Source: Podarcis vaucheri (lineage: Eukaryota). From it: DNA of 64,000 bases. Shown one piece after another: positions 36,623 through 48,087 of this stretch (position 1 is the stretch's first letter; each line of letters begins with the position of its first letter). The position numbers and the translations under genes were made by a program. The notes under the pieces were generated by a model. It made no database searches. It saw only the letters and a program-made list of their open reading frames with translations, and was not told the DNA's origin. The stretch lies in assembly GCA_965113315.1 (NCBI GenBank), contig OZ220376.1, one strand, 5' to 3'.

Positions 36623-39030
36623 TGGAGTGCAACAACACCTGCAGGGCACCACATGGGCTACTCCTGCTTAAGCATTTTGAAAAGGATGGTGTGTGCCATG
36701 GAAGCAATGGGGCCAATTGTATTGTTGCCTTTTTACACGCACCTTGCTTAGCTCCAGATGTCTCGGGGAAGCAGGCGTGCTTCCCTCCTTTTGTCCTCAC
36801 AACAACCCTGTGAGGTAGGTAAGACGGAAACAGATTGGCTGGCCTAAAATTAGCCAGTGAGCTTTGATGCTAAAGGGGGGGTGATTGGAACCCAGGTCTC
36901 CCTGGTCTGACTCCTGACGCTCCAACCTGCTACACTCCACAGGCCTAAGTTTAGACATGTTGAATTTGCTGCATTGCTTTCAACCTGCACTTAATCGCAA
37001 CAACTAACTTTAGCTGCCTATGGCCCCTTCAAGGAAGGTCAGTATTGGCATATATTTTAAAACTAGAATATATATATATATGTATGCGCAGGTTTGTATG
37101 CATATGGATGCATATGTGTTTGCAGCATACACACATCTGTACACACACACATCTATATAGCTGTATTATCTGTTTTAGTAGAAAATATCCCCCTCCCCTC
37201 CCCCCCACCGAGTTCCCTTGAATCTGTAAGGAAGACCGAAGCTTGAATTACACCTTAGTTCCAACCCAGCAAAGCGCTTAAAAGCAGGAGCAGCTGGCTA
37301 TATTTGGGGGGCAAACATTCGGAGATAACAGGCACATATCAAGAGGTTTTTTTGTGGTTTTCTTTTTTTGCAAAAACAAAATTTTGGTATAAAATCAAGC
37401 GAACTGGGGAAAGCCCAGGGGAGCAGGAAGATTCCACAATACTATTATTCTGGTGAGTTTTGGCACCGCTGCCTATAGCCTGGCTGTCTCCTAACTCTTT
37501 GCTCTGGATCCGTGGAACAGCAGAAAGAATCTTGGAAAACCTGGGTAACAAAGAGGAGCAGGACGACTCGGTGGAAAACAAGGTGCAAGAGATGGAGAGG
37601 CCATTTCCCCCTCCAGATATGCACAGACACATGTTGGAAGGAAGGTGGGGAAGCTGGGAAGATGAAATGGATTGGTACAGGAGCGATGAGGTTGCAGCAT
37701 GGGATATCTGCCCACCAGCTTGGTTTATCCATTAAGGACTTGTCTTGGGCCATGGAGACCTCTGTTGATCAGGGATGCTCAAAAATCTACCTATGCTCAG
37801 AGATGCTCAAAAATCTACCTGTGTGCTCTTGCACACAGGATGCTCCCAGCCTTGTGGGAGTTTTATTGCTCATTATCATTGTACACAGTAAAGTCTGGTT
37901 TCTGCAGCCCTTTCAAAACAGGGGCAGAAACACATATATGGCAGGGCTGGTGCAATTGCTGAGCGCGTCGTCATAAAAATAGGTATTGATGGGAGGACAC
38001 CCTCCAACTGTGTGTGTGTGACGTCAGCTGTGATTCCTTGGTGGTGTGATGGACCAAGTGTGATGGGACTGTCAAATACATTTTCTTACTGAATGCTCCC
38101 CCCGCCCCCCACAAGCCCTTGGCTTCCACACAACAGCAGGCAGCTCATCACAGCCCTGTTGCCATGCTAAGAGCATTGCAATGCCCATGGACGTGCCAGC
38201 CAGTCTGATGCAAGAAGGTTGGACGCACCTCTGTAGTTGGCGCATCACATTCGAAATGAACGGTAAAATGGGAGGTCCCTTGTTCAGTGGGCAAGCAAAC
38301 GCTCTCATCATTTTGCACTCTTTGCTGAGGTTGTCTGTTGCTGCTAAAATTTCAGCAGGGCATAACAGGCCCAAAGAGCTCCACTGGCCTGCCACGCAAT
38401 GATGGATACAATGGAAGAACATTGAAAGTATCATGTTTGGCCTAGAAGGAGCTTAGAAAAAAACCCCAGAGCTTCTGAAAGCAACAAATGCATTAGGAAC
38501 AAAGTCTTACTAATGCCCTTCCACAAAACGCAGCAGAAACTGAGTACTGACATCAAATGTTTTGCAGACCTCTGAATCCCAAGTTTTGCCATGTCCCAGT
38601 GTTGATTTCTGAATTTGCTTGCTCCTCCCCTCCCCTTCAAAGTCTTAGTGGCGAGTTGACCACTAGGTGGAACTATTTGAAGTTTGCTTCCTGTTTTCTG
38701 GGGTGAGTTTTTAAAACCCAAACACAATGTTGTGGTCCTGAGGCTGGAATCTGAAGTGAAGGATGAGCACAGGTTAGGTCGGAGAAGGGGGACCTGTGAC
38801 CCTCCCAGATACTGTTGGACTCCAATTCCCATCATCCTCCAGCAGCACGGACAATGGTCAGGGATGCTGTGAGCTGTAGTTCAATAGCATCTGGAGGGTG
38901 ATGGGTTATTTCCTTTCGCAGCCCCTTCCCTATGTGCCATTCACTATTCCATTGAAACCTGTGCAGGGGAAAGAATACAAGCACTTGTAGTTTCCCCCCA
39001 GTAGGGTTCAGTGCAGAGGGTGAGGTGTTC

Positions 39031-39459
39031 TAGGGATGGAAGGGAATCTGTCAATTTCGGTTCTGTCACCTTCTCTTCTTTTCCCAATCTTAAGTTCAGT
39101 TCTCCATTTTGCAGCAATGTGTGATTTGTTTTTAAGTCCTCTTGAAAATTCATCAGCATTTCCCCCAATTGATGCATTTTTGCCTGCTGTCTTGACTAAT
39201 GCACATTTCTGCAAGCAATCTTCCCTAACATAATGCATTTTTAATGCCATTTTCACAAAAATATTCATTTTAATGCACAATTTTGACTAATATACAATTA
39301 CAATTGTTATTCAGTTAAGTTAGAGAACTGCATTGCAAAATTCAGGTAAATGTGAATTTTGAATAATAGCTGTTTTGGTTAGCATACTATTTCAGAAAAT
39401 GTGAATTTGATAGCTTTGCCTTTAAATGCAAACTGAATCAAATTTCCCCTCCATCCCTA
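39031..39459. mobile_element. Old hAT (Ac-like TAGGGATG TIR) non-autonomous element
   Basis: TAGGGATGGAAGGGAAT ... ATTTCCCCTCCATCCCTA. Related copies at ~57477-57909, ~48965-49170 and ~56850-57000. Confidence 0.65.
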
Positions 39460-39468
39460 GAGAGGTGG

Positions 39469-39474
39469 ATGTGT

Positions 39475-39548
<74 letters not shown>
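39469..39548. repeat. (GT)n(GA)n compound microsatellite
   Basis: Read directly from the sequence. Confidence 0.95.
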
Positions 39549-39552
<4 letters not shown>

Positions 39553-40271
39553 GTTTTCAGCAGAAAAACAACAGGGGACAGGGGTGGAATAGGTTTAAGA
39601 AACCCCTCCACAAATTTAGTGGAAAGAGGGTCTAAAGGTATGAACCATTTTGATTCTGGCAATTTGTAAAAGTTTGGTTCTACGTATTTCAATCCCCCCT
39701 CAAGGGGAGTGAATTCTCGTTTCTTCTTACTTGTATATCTTTCTGAGATCCCACGTGTAACCTCTTCAGATGTAATTGGAAATTTGGCATGTGGACACGG
39801 GATTCCAGATCTTATCAACTCAAGAGGTGACCCCTGGATTCCTGGCACCGATTTACATCAATGAGAGATCTGTTTCTCCAAAGGGAGCCAATTTTCTTAT
39901 CTTTATCCTTTACATCAGCTGCACATCTACTCTCTGAGTTGTTCTTATTATTATCACATATTGATTACATTCCTTCCCCCACCCCCCAATCTTTTTCTCC
40001 GTGTAGTAAAATACTCTATAAAAGAAAGTGACTCAAAATCTATAGCTCTAAGAATACCTGGTTATCTTTTTTGCTGCTGCTGTTCTCCTCATTATTTTTT
40101 AAAACCTCTAATCATAGTTAGCTTGAAGAAAACAAAGGAAGAAAATGGGAGTCATGTAAAAGTCTATTGGGATCTAAAAAGCACAAATGAAATAAAACCA
40201 GCTCCTCCAAACTGTGGCCAAGAGGGATGGCGGCCAGAAAATGTAGGTGAGGGGGAGAGAAGGAGAGCATC

Positions 40272-41875
40272 TCATAAATTGGAGGGCAGTTTTGATCGGA
40301 TGGGCTCTCGTTCCCCAGTGAGCCCTATAGACCCTTTCCTCCCTTCGACAGCAGTCACGACAGCAGTCAGAGGTGGGGGGATGGCGCAACTGGCCTCAAA
40401 TGCAGGTGGCGGAGGCAGTGAACCTGAGGACATCTGGCGTGGTAGAGTCACTCGCCCTGGTACAGAGCTGTATGGCTTCCCTAGAGGCCTGGTCCCTCCT
40501 CCTCCCCCTCCTCCAGAGAAAGATGAGAAACTAGAAACAGATTCCCTAGAGGAGTGGGGAGAAGAGCTTCGGCTTAAAGTCTGAGCCGTTTCGTGGGGCA
40601 GCGATGGATGGGAAGCAGAGATGAACTTGAGGTCCTGGCTTAACCGTCCCGGTGGAAGCGACGGCGGCGGCGTACTCCTGGGCTGAAGGACCTGTAGAGG
40701 TGGACTGGAGGTCTGAGGCATCAGCAGAGATCCGTGGGAGCCCCTTGCCCCAGAAGGGGCACACTGCAAAGTCCTGGCTGCAGCACATTGACTAGGAGGG
40801 CTAAGGCCTGAGGGTGGGAACAGCGGAGGAGGGGCACCGGCGGGCTGTTTCAAAGGAGACATAGAGGCAAAGGGTGACCTTTCGTGGTGCAACTGAGCTA
40901 CGGTCGCCGCAGGAGAAGCGGAAGGTCCTAATGCACTTGGCTGGGTTTGGCACGAGGCCGATGGGGAGCCTCCGGAGGCCTGTGCCAGCTGGCTTAAGCT
41001 GGAGGGTGGTGGGCTTGAGGAGGGAGGCAACGGAAAGTGGTTCGTCCCTCCCAGGGCTCCAGTTCCTGAGAGCTGCTGGGCCAGGCCTGGCTGGGCGGGC
41101 TTGTTGCTGCAAGCGGCTTGGGTGCGGCCAAGGGGGCTGCCGGGGGAATTGGAGGATAGCTGGGGGAAGGCGGTGGATGGCGAACTAGCAGGGGCCTTCT
41201 GGAAGGGGCCAAAGCCACTCAGGAGATTGCTGTCGGGAGCCTGCTGCTGAGCCACCCCTTCTGGGGAATTCGAAGGTCCCTGGTGCAACAGGCCCAGGCC
41301 TGCCGAGGACGGGCTCCCCAAGGGCTGCTGCTGAGTCGAGGCAGCCGACGGAGAGCCGGCCGAAGCCCGGTGGAACTGGCCCAAGCCGGCCGAGGCCGTG
41401 AAGCCAGCCAGCTGCTGGATCTGGAAGGAGGACGACGAGAGGGTGTCTGCCCCCGGGGTGTGCTGCTGGGATTGCGTGCTTGAAGGGGAGCCCACGATGG
41501 AAGGCCCAGCTGAAGACACCAAGGAGTGAAGTCTCCTCAGCTGCCTCGGAGTCTGGTTCGGGGCCTGCCCCAAGGAACCCAGAACAGAGACGGGCGGGCG
41601 GAAAATGGCCGCCGGGAGGCGAGGGTGGTGGGTGAGAGCTATTGCTACAGATGTGGTGGCCGCTGCGGCTTGCAAAGGGGCCTGGATCAGTGGCGTCCAG
41701 ATAACCGGCGTGGGGGTCGATGCGGCGGCGGCGGCGGCCTGGACGTTATGCGCACAGTGGGCCATCTCTCGGTCATGCTGCACGATTTGCTGGATGATCT
41801 CGTTCTCCTGGTAGTTGAAGACGCCCGAGTTGAGATCGTGCTGGACTTTGTGGAGCAGGATGGAGTTCTTCTTCC
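40272..41875 (-). CDS. HCN4: HCN4 last coding exon (exon 8): end of CNBD and long Pro/Ser-rich C-terminus
   Basis: cag|GG AAG AAG AAC... Encodes [43 protein letters not shown]...[32 protein letters not shown]...RSKLPSNL*. These segments are characteristic of HCN4, and the gene neighbours NEO1 as in mammals. Confidence 0.96.
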
Positions 41876-42136
41876 CTGTGAAGGAAGCAGAAGAAAATTA
41901 AGAACTGCAATGAGGGGCCTCCTAGAGGCCCAAACCAGAGATCACCAACGTTTTGGGGGTGGGGGTGGGGTGGAACCATACCTACATTGTAACCATGTGC
42001 TCACCCCACCCTATTCTTCTTTCGAGACCAGTTTGAGGGAGGGGAGCAGTGGAAGAAAAGGTCATTGAGTCAAGATCTGAACCCCATTCCCCCAGATCCT
42101 AGTTTAATACTCTCACCAATATACCACATTGGCATA

Positions 42137-42501
42137 AAGGTAAAGGTAAAGGTACCCCTGACCATTAGGTCCAGTCGTGGACGACTCTGGGGTTGCAGTG
42201 CTCATCTTGCTCTATAGGTCGAGGAGCTGGCGTTTGTCTGCAGACAGCTTCCGGGTCATGTGGCCAGCATGACTAAGCCGCTTCTGGCGAACCAGAGCAG
42301 CACACGGAAACGCCGTTTACCTTCCTGCCGGAGCGGTACCTATTTATCTACTTGCACTTTGACGTTCTTTTGAACTGCTAGGTTGGCAGGAGCTGGGATC
42401 GAGCAACTGGAGCTCACCCTGTTGCGGGGATTTGAACAGCCGACCTTCTGATCTGCAAGTCCTAGGCTCTGTGGTTTAACCCACAGCACCACCCGCGTCC
42501 C
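42137..42501 (-). mobile_element. Sauria SINE, full length
   Basis: (ACCTTT)n tail and GGGACGCGGG head. TSD (CC)ACATTGGCATA at 42124-42136 and 42500-42512. Confidence 0.92.
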
Positions 42502-43497
42502 ACATTGGCATACTTGACTACAACTCCCTTCATCCCTGATCGCTGGCCATGCTGACTGGGGGCAGCAGGCTGGGGAAGGCTGGTGGCCTTTCTGCCCAGG
42601 GTTTCTTTTCAGCAGGAACTCACTGGGACTCAGTTCTGGCACCTCTTAGGTGGGCTCCATTGCCATGGTAAGAGAACAAGGAAGGTGTTCACGGTGCGTT
42701 CCTGGCACCTCTTTTTCTAGAAAAATAGCACCGCATAGGTCTGATCCACTGTAGCTGCCCTTAAGTTCTTTTGTTATGTTCTTCTCCCTCCATTACATTA
42801 AGGACAAAGTCAGGGAAGCATTTTCTCGTTTCATATCTGCTGCAAAACAAATGCAGGAGAAAGAAAGCGTTTTCATTTTCTTCCTGAGCAATGTTCCCGA
42901 AAAAGTGTGCGCTTTGTTTTAGAAAGCTGTTCGAAGTTGCACAAAGAATTTGGGCACATTGAAAAGGGAGAGGGCGAGATTTATGAGGAATAGCCAAGTC
43001 AGGTGCAACCAGCCTCAAGATCTCTCTCTCCCCCCCCCTCTCTCTTCCCCGCCCCACCCCCGACAGGGCTCCAGCACATAATGCAAAGTGTGTGCCCCAT
43101 TTGGGGTGGGGAATGAAGTTATCCACAACTGTATCACTTAATCACATTTTAAGCTTGCAATTATTAGCATTTTCCAGTGATTAACAGCAGCCTTTGTGTG
43201 TCCCTCTGACTGTGTCCTGGTCACGCGCCTTTTGGCTGTGCTTTAGAAATCCAGGCAGCTACAGGCCTCCCCCCACCTCAAGTCCTTTTGTATTCTTGCA
43301 TTGTTCTTGGATGCCCACATCATGGAACAGCAGCAGCCCAGCGGTTCTCAAGTGGCATCGCTGGAGAGATTTGTGGAAGCTGAATTTAAAACACACACAA
43401 CTCCCCTCCCCCCCTTTGGATACAGCGTTGGGTTGGAATAGTGCTGGCTGCACAATTTCTATTGTGCTCTTCTGAATTCACCTGTGTTGCTTCAGCA

Positions 43498-43498
<1 letters not shown>

Positions 43499-43531
<33 letters not shown>

Positions 43532-43891
43532 TTTATTTATACCCCACCCTCCCCAGCCAAGACCGGGCTCAGGGCGGCTAACAACCAATAATAAAAACAA
43601 GTTGATTAAAATACAACTTAAAAAACAAGATTAAAATACAACATTAAAACATTAAGATGCAGCCTCTTCACAGGAGGAGAAAGGAAAAAAGAAAGAGGGG
43701 GAGGGAATCAAATTGATTCTAAGCCAAAGGCCAGGTGGAACAACTCTGTCTAACAGGCCCTGTGGAAAGAAATCAGATCCTGCAGGGCCCTGGTCTCATG
43801 AGACAGAGCGTTCGGCCAGACTGGAGCCAGTGTTGAAAAGGCCCTGGCTCTGGTTGAGGCTAATCTAACTTCCTTAGGGCCCGGGATCTCT
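43499..43891 (-). mobile_element. L2-type LINE 3' end with (TTA)n tail
   Basis: (TAA)n tract then tttatttataccccaccc...gggcggctaac; same architecture as 47496-47957 and 53490-53869. Confidence 0.65.
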
Positions 43892-44319
43892 GTTGTTGTT
43901 TAGTCGTTTAGTTGTGTCCGACTCTTTGTGACCCCATGGACCAGAGCACACCAGGCACTTCTGTCTTCCACTGCCTCCCGCAGTTTAGTCAAACTCATGT
44001 TTGTAGCTTTGAGAACACTGTCCAACCATCTCGTCCTCTGTCTTCCCCTTCTCCTTGTGCCCTCCATCTTTCCCAACATCAGGGTCTTTTCCAGGGAGTC
44101 CTCTCTTCTCATGAGGTGGCCAAAGTCTTGGAGCCTCAGCTTCAGGATCTGTCCTTCCAGTGAGCACTCAGGGCTGATTTCCTTCAGAATGGATAGGTTT
44201 GATCTTCTTGCAGTCCATGGGACTCTCAAGAGTCTCCTCCAGCACCATAATTCAAAAGCATCAATACTTTGGCGATCAGCCTTTATGGTCCAGCTCTCAC
44301 TTCCATACATCACTACTGG
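43892..44319 (-). mobile_element. 5'-truncated Bov-B LINE nested in L2
   Basis: RT C-terminal ORF MYGSESWTIKADRQSIDAFELWCWRRLLRVPW..., (AAC)n tail, TSD CCGGGA(T/C)CTCT at 43881-43891 and 44320-44330. Confidence 0.92.
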
Positions 44320-44600
44320 CCGGGACCTCTAGAGTGTTGCTATTTATGAACCTTAAGGCATGGCTACAGATGCAGAACATACTCAAAACATCCATGCGCC
44401 TTGTCCCCAATGCCACACACAAACGTTCCACAGAGACAGTATGAGACCTACCTAAGCCAAATCTACCTAGCACTTCCTCTGGAACTTCTAACCAGGCAGA
44501 GAATGCGTAGGAAGGGCTGTTGCTCAGTGGCAGCCACCACTGCCTCTTGCGCTGCATGAAGAAGTACTAGGTAAAATAGTGTGCTGTTGTTGCACACACA

Positions 44601-44963
44601 TTAAGAACACAGGGAGCTGCCTTATATGGAGTTGGAGCATTGACCCATCTCATTCAGTATTGCCTACACTGACTGGCAGCAGCTCCTCAGGGTTTCAAAT
44701 GGAGGCTCTTTCGTCTGCAGCAGCACAACCAGACACCTTCATCTGCCCCAGCTGCAGCAAAACATGGCTCTCCCATATCAGTCTCTACAGCCACAGCAGG
44801 TGCTGTGAGCTTCCAACAGTTCGACATCAGTCCCAAAGGCACACTCCTCCATCACCTCCTGAGACAGACGGATGCAAAGTCAACCTGAAGATGCCAGGGA
44901 TTGAACCTGGGACCTTCTGCCATGCAAAAAGGATGCTCTACCACTAAGCTGTGGCCCATCCCC
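44601..44963 (-). mobile_element. tRNA-derived SINE (Squam3-like) interrupted by an RTE fragment
   Basis: On -: GGGCCACAGCTTAGTGGTAGAGCA...GGTCCCAGGTTCAATCCCTGGCAT head (A/B boxes); tail taaggcagctccc...ttctta. Confidence 0.7.
44712..44878 (+). mobile_element. RTE-clade LINE 3' end with terminal zinc finger
   Basis: Encodes TFICPSCSKTWLSHISLYSHSRCC, a CxxC...H finger of the kind found at RTE ORF termini. Confidence 0.6.
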
Positions 44964-45591
44964 AAGAAAGCAGCGCTGAATGTTACGTATGAGTTAGGAC
45001 ATAGACGGATGGGTGAGAAAATGAAGGACAGCACACCCACATCTGCCATATGTAGAACCAGGAGCCAAGTAACCTGCATTCAAAAATAATCAAAATTCTG
45101 CGCCAAGGTAAACCAAATCCTGCTTTTCAAGAAAAACTGCAAATTTGGTCGATTAGTATAGTTTTTGTCTCTTTCTATTAAAGTCACTGGGAAGAATAAA
45201 AAGCAACCCAAAGCACTGGAGTTCTACTTCCTGCCATTCCACCTGACACCAAGAAACATTAGGCTTTGAAGATTTCACCCGACAACAGCTACATGTTTAA
45301 CGGTTTTGTCTCTGCAGCCAGGAGGGCTGAAAGCTTCAGTCTTTTGTTTATCTCTCTTGCATGGTTGAGGGGGGGAATGAGTTTGGCTTTGTTTGTGTAT
45401 TCAGATTATCTTCTCTCCTGGATTTGTTGGTGAAAGAAAGTTGAATAACGACGAGGACTAGAAACTTGCTTTTTAAAACATAGAAGCTGAGAACCTCTGG
45501 ATGCTGAATTTTGCTTCCAGTGCTTCCTTATACCTATGAGTTTGCATAGTATGAGTTTGCAGGTAACTCAATAACCATGTGATCCACTTAC

Positions 45592-45756
45592 CAATTCTGT
45601 CCAGTCTGTCCAGGGCCACCGTTTCAAAAGCCCTCCTCATCATGGGATATTCCTCAAGCACCTCATTAAAGTTGTCCACCGAGAGGGAGTAGAGGCGGCA
45701 GTAAGTGTCTGCTCTCACACTCGCCGTCCGCCGGCCACGAGTCAGCAGGCAAATTT
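45592..45756 (-). CDS. HCN4: HCN4 exon 7, CNBD
   Basis: ctag|AA ATT TGC...ATT G|gtaagt. Encodes [55 protein letters not shown] (165 nt). Confidence 0.96.
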
Positions 45757-45809
45757 CTAGAATGACATAATAAACACAATGGCATTTATTCCTTTGCAAG
45801 TGCATTTAC

Positions 45810-46405
45810 GTCAGGGTGCCAGCCAGCAATAAATCACAAGAAGGAAGTGAAGTTAATGCTTCATTAGAAGAAGCAAGGAAGACTTGCTGAGGGGTGCCAG
45901 ACCTAATGAGTATGGCAACTCTTCTTGGTAGGTCTTGGCCCTTGGAGGCAGTTGTGGAGACTGAAGATCCCCACCTTCCCACAGCTGACTAAATCTCCTC
46001 CTCACCAGGTCCTTCTCAAACAATCCGAGACTCCACTGACACACCTTTCTATGCTCTTCACTCTTCATACCTCTTCTGGTTCTGGGAGAAAAGGGAGGAG
46101 GGGAGATTGTTGCAGCAGGAGGGGGAGACCCCCATGACCCTTCACCAGCCTGACTCATCTCTGCCTCTTGGTCTCCCTCCTCTCCTGCTTCAGCTTCAGC
46201 TTCCGCCTCTGATTTTGAACTTCCCTCTGCCACAGACTCTCCCTGCTCACTAAGGCCTGTTAGCCCTTCAGCTTCCGACACCTCCTGTTCCCAGTCTTCT
46301 GCCTCTGACCACTCATCATCATTCCACCACCAATCCCCTGGCTCTGAGCCTTCTTCCATTGGGGGTTTCCCAGCTGGCGCCTCCCACCATTCTTCTGTGT
46401 CCAGT
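45810..46405 (-). mobile_element. LTR-like dispersed repeat copy with a 168-codon open frame
   Basis: Homologous to 29690-30269; ORF 45853-46359 on -. Confidence 0.6.
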
Positions 46406-46703
46406 AATTCAGAATTGCAGCCAGAGGGTCCCTATTCTCCAAAACCCACTGAATGGGTGGTCTTTCTCAGACCCAGAGCCATATTCCCTTCTGGACAATA
46501 TACTGAAGGGTGTATATCACTGACAAGCAGGGCAAGAAGCAAAAAAAGCGGGGCAGTAGGATAGATTCCGCACATACTCATGCAGCCCTCCACCTAGGCA
46601 AGCAAGCAATAGGTGTCATCAGAGTTCAAAGACACATTCCAGCTAGGCAAAGGGTGCAAGTCAGTATCAGTAAGGGGTGTGGCCTGGGGAGACCCCCAGA
46701 GAG

Positions 46704-46995
46704 CAGGGGTAGGCAACCTAAGGCCCGGGGGCCAGATCTGGCCCAATAGCCTTCTAAATCCGGCCCGTGGACGGTCTGGGAATCAGCGTATTTTTACATG
46801 AGTAGAATGTGTCCTTTTATTTAAAATGCATCTCTGGGTTATTTGTGGGGCATAGGAATTCATTCATTCCCCCCCCCCAAAAAAATAGTCCGGCCCATTT
46901 TCATCCCCCCCCAAATATAGTCCAGCCCACCCAAATATAGTCCAGTCTGAGAGATGGTGGACCGTACCACGGCTGAAAAATGTTGCTGCCCCCTG
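46704..46995. mobile_element. hAT (Charlie-like) MITE
   Basis: CAGGGGTAGGCAAC...GTTGCTGCCCCCTG; body matches 34786-35037. Confidence 0.82.
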
Positions 46996-47054
46996 TCCTA
47001 GAGGGTCACAGCTTGCCCCCGAAACCTTGACCAGAGCGGGTTACTGTGAGTTTA

Positions 47055-47496
47055 TGTCATGATGTTGTTAGGCCAGGAATGTCCTGGGCGAAGAATTAAC
47101 TCTTTATCGTCAAAAGTACACATACAAGTTAGGGAAAGGCACGTCCATCAGTCCTATGTCTCTCATTACTCCTAATGAGACAGGAGTAATGAGATCTGAC
47201 GAGACAGGAACTCAAATGGAGAGGCCCGGCCCCGGCTTATGTATCTCCCCCCACCCAAGCTGTGAGCAAGCGGGAAGAGATGGTACCTGCATGTAACCTC
47301 CCTCTTCAATCCTCTCCTGGTCCTGGGAGACAGTGGAGCAGGAGGGGGGCAGGAGAAGGGGGCATAGAAGCCCTTGACTCTGCACAAACCTGACCTCTCT
47401 CCCTCCCCCTGCACCTGTTTTTCAGTCTCCCATCCTGCAACTTCTCCTGCCTCTGACTCTAGTCTCCCGACTGCTACAGGCTCCTCTGGATCAAGG

Positions 47497-47551
<55 letters not shown>

Positions 47552-48051
47552 TTCATTATTTATACCCTGCCCATCTGGACAGGCCTCCTCAGCCACTCTG
47601 GGTGGCCCCCAACAGAATATTAAAAATAGGATCAAAATCAAACATTAAAAACTTCCTTAAAGAGGGTTGCCTTCGGATGTCTTCTAAAAGTCAGTTGTTT
47701 ATTTCCTTGACATTTGATGGGAGGGGATTCCACAGGGTGGGTGCCACCACCGAGAAGGCCCTCTGCCTGGTTCCCTGTAACCTCACTCCTTGCAGTGAGG
47801 GAACCGCCAGAAGGCCCTCAGCGCTGGACCTCAGTTTCTGGGCAGAACGATGGTGGTAGAGACGCTCCTTCAGGTATACTGGGCTCATTCAGGCATACTT
47901 TAGGGTTTTAAAGGGCAGCACCAACACTTTGAATTGTGCTCGGAAATGTACTGGGATCCCTTCTTCAAAGTCAGTCTCCAACCCAGCTTCTCCCGGTGCC
48001 CCCTCCCCAGTAACCAGCCACCACTCCTCAGTGTGCAGCCAGTCCCTGACA
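47055..48051 (-). mobile_element. LTR-like repeat (TGTCA...TGACA) split by an L2 insertion
   Basis: Termini TGTCA at 47055 and TGACA at 48051; internal SPRTRRGLKR-coding segment as in the other copies. No clean TSD. Confidence 0.5.
47496..47957 (-). mobile_element. L2 LINE 3' fragment
   Basis: ORF RQRAFSVVAPTLWNPLP, typical of the L2 ORF2 C-terminus; (TTA)n tail at 47503-47549. Confidence 0.85.
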
Positions 48052-48087
48052 TCTTATCACACCTGTTTTGAGCTGCATATTCATATA

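Larger units (their letters stand above)
33986..40271 (-). other. HCN4: HCN4 3'UTR / downstream region (true end uncertain)
   Basis: Follows the stop codon on the - strand. Candidate AATAAA signals on - at 34353-34358, 34154-34159 and 33986-33991; the real end may be more proximal. Confidence 0.35.

Noticed and set aside
36069-36813. ORFs with poly-K/R, poly-L and poly-P runs
   Set aside because: Translations of the (GAA)n(GAG)n SINE tail.
39961-42068. Plus-strand ORFs (207, 104, 180 aa) overlapping the HCN4 last exon
   Set aside because: Antisense shadows of a GC-rich coding exon; no recognisable homology.
44885-44963. tRNA gene
   Set aside because: A and B boxes are present but continue into a SINE body with no complete cloverleaf; the same applies to the heads at ~9234, 32437, 36620, 42501 and 60290.
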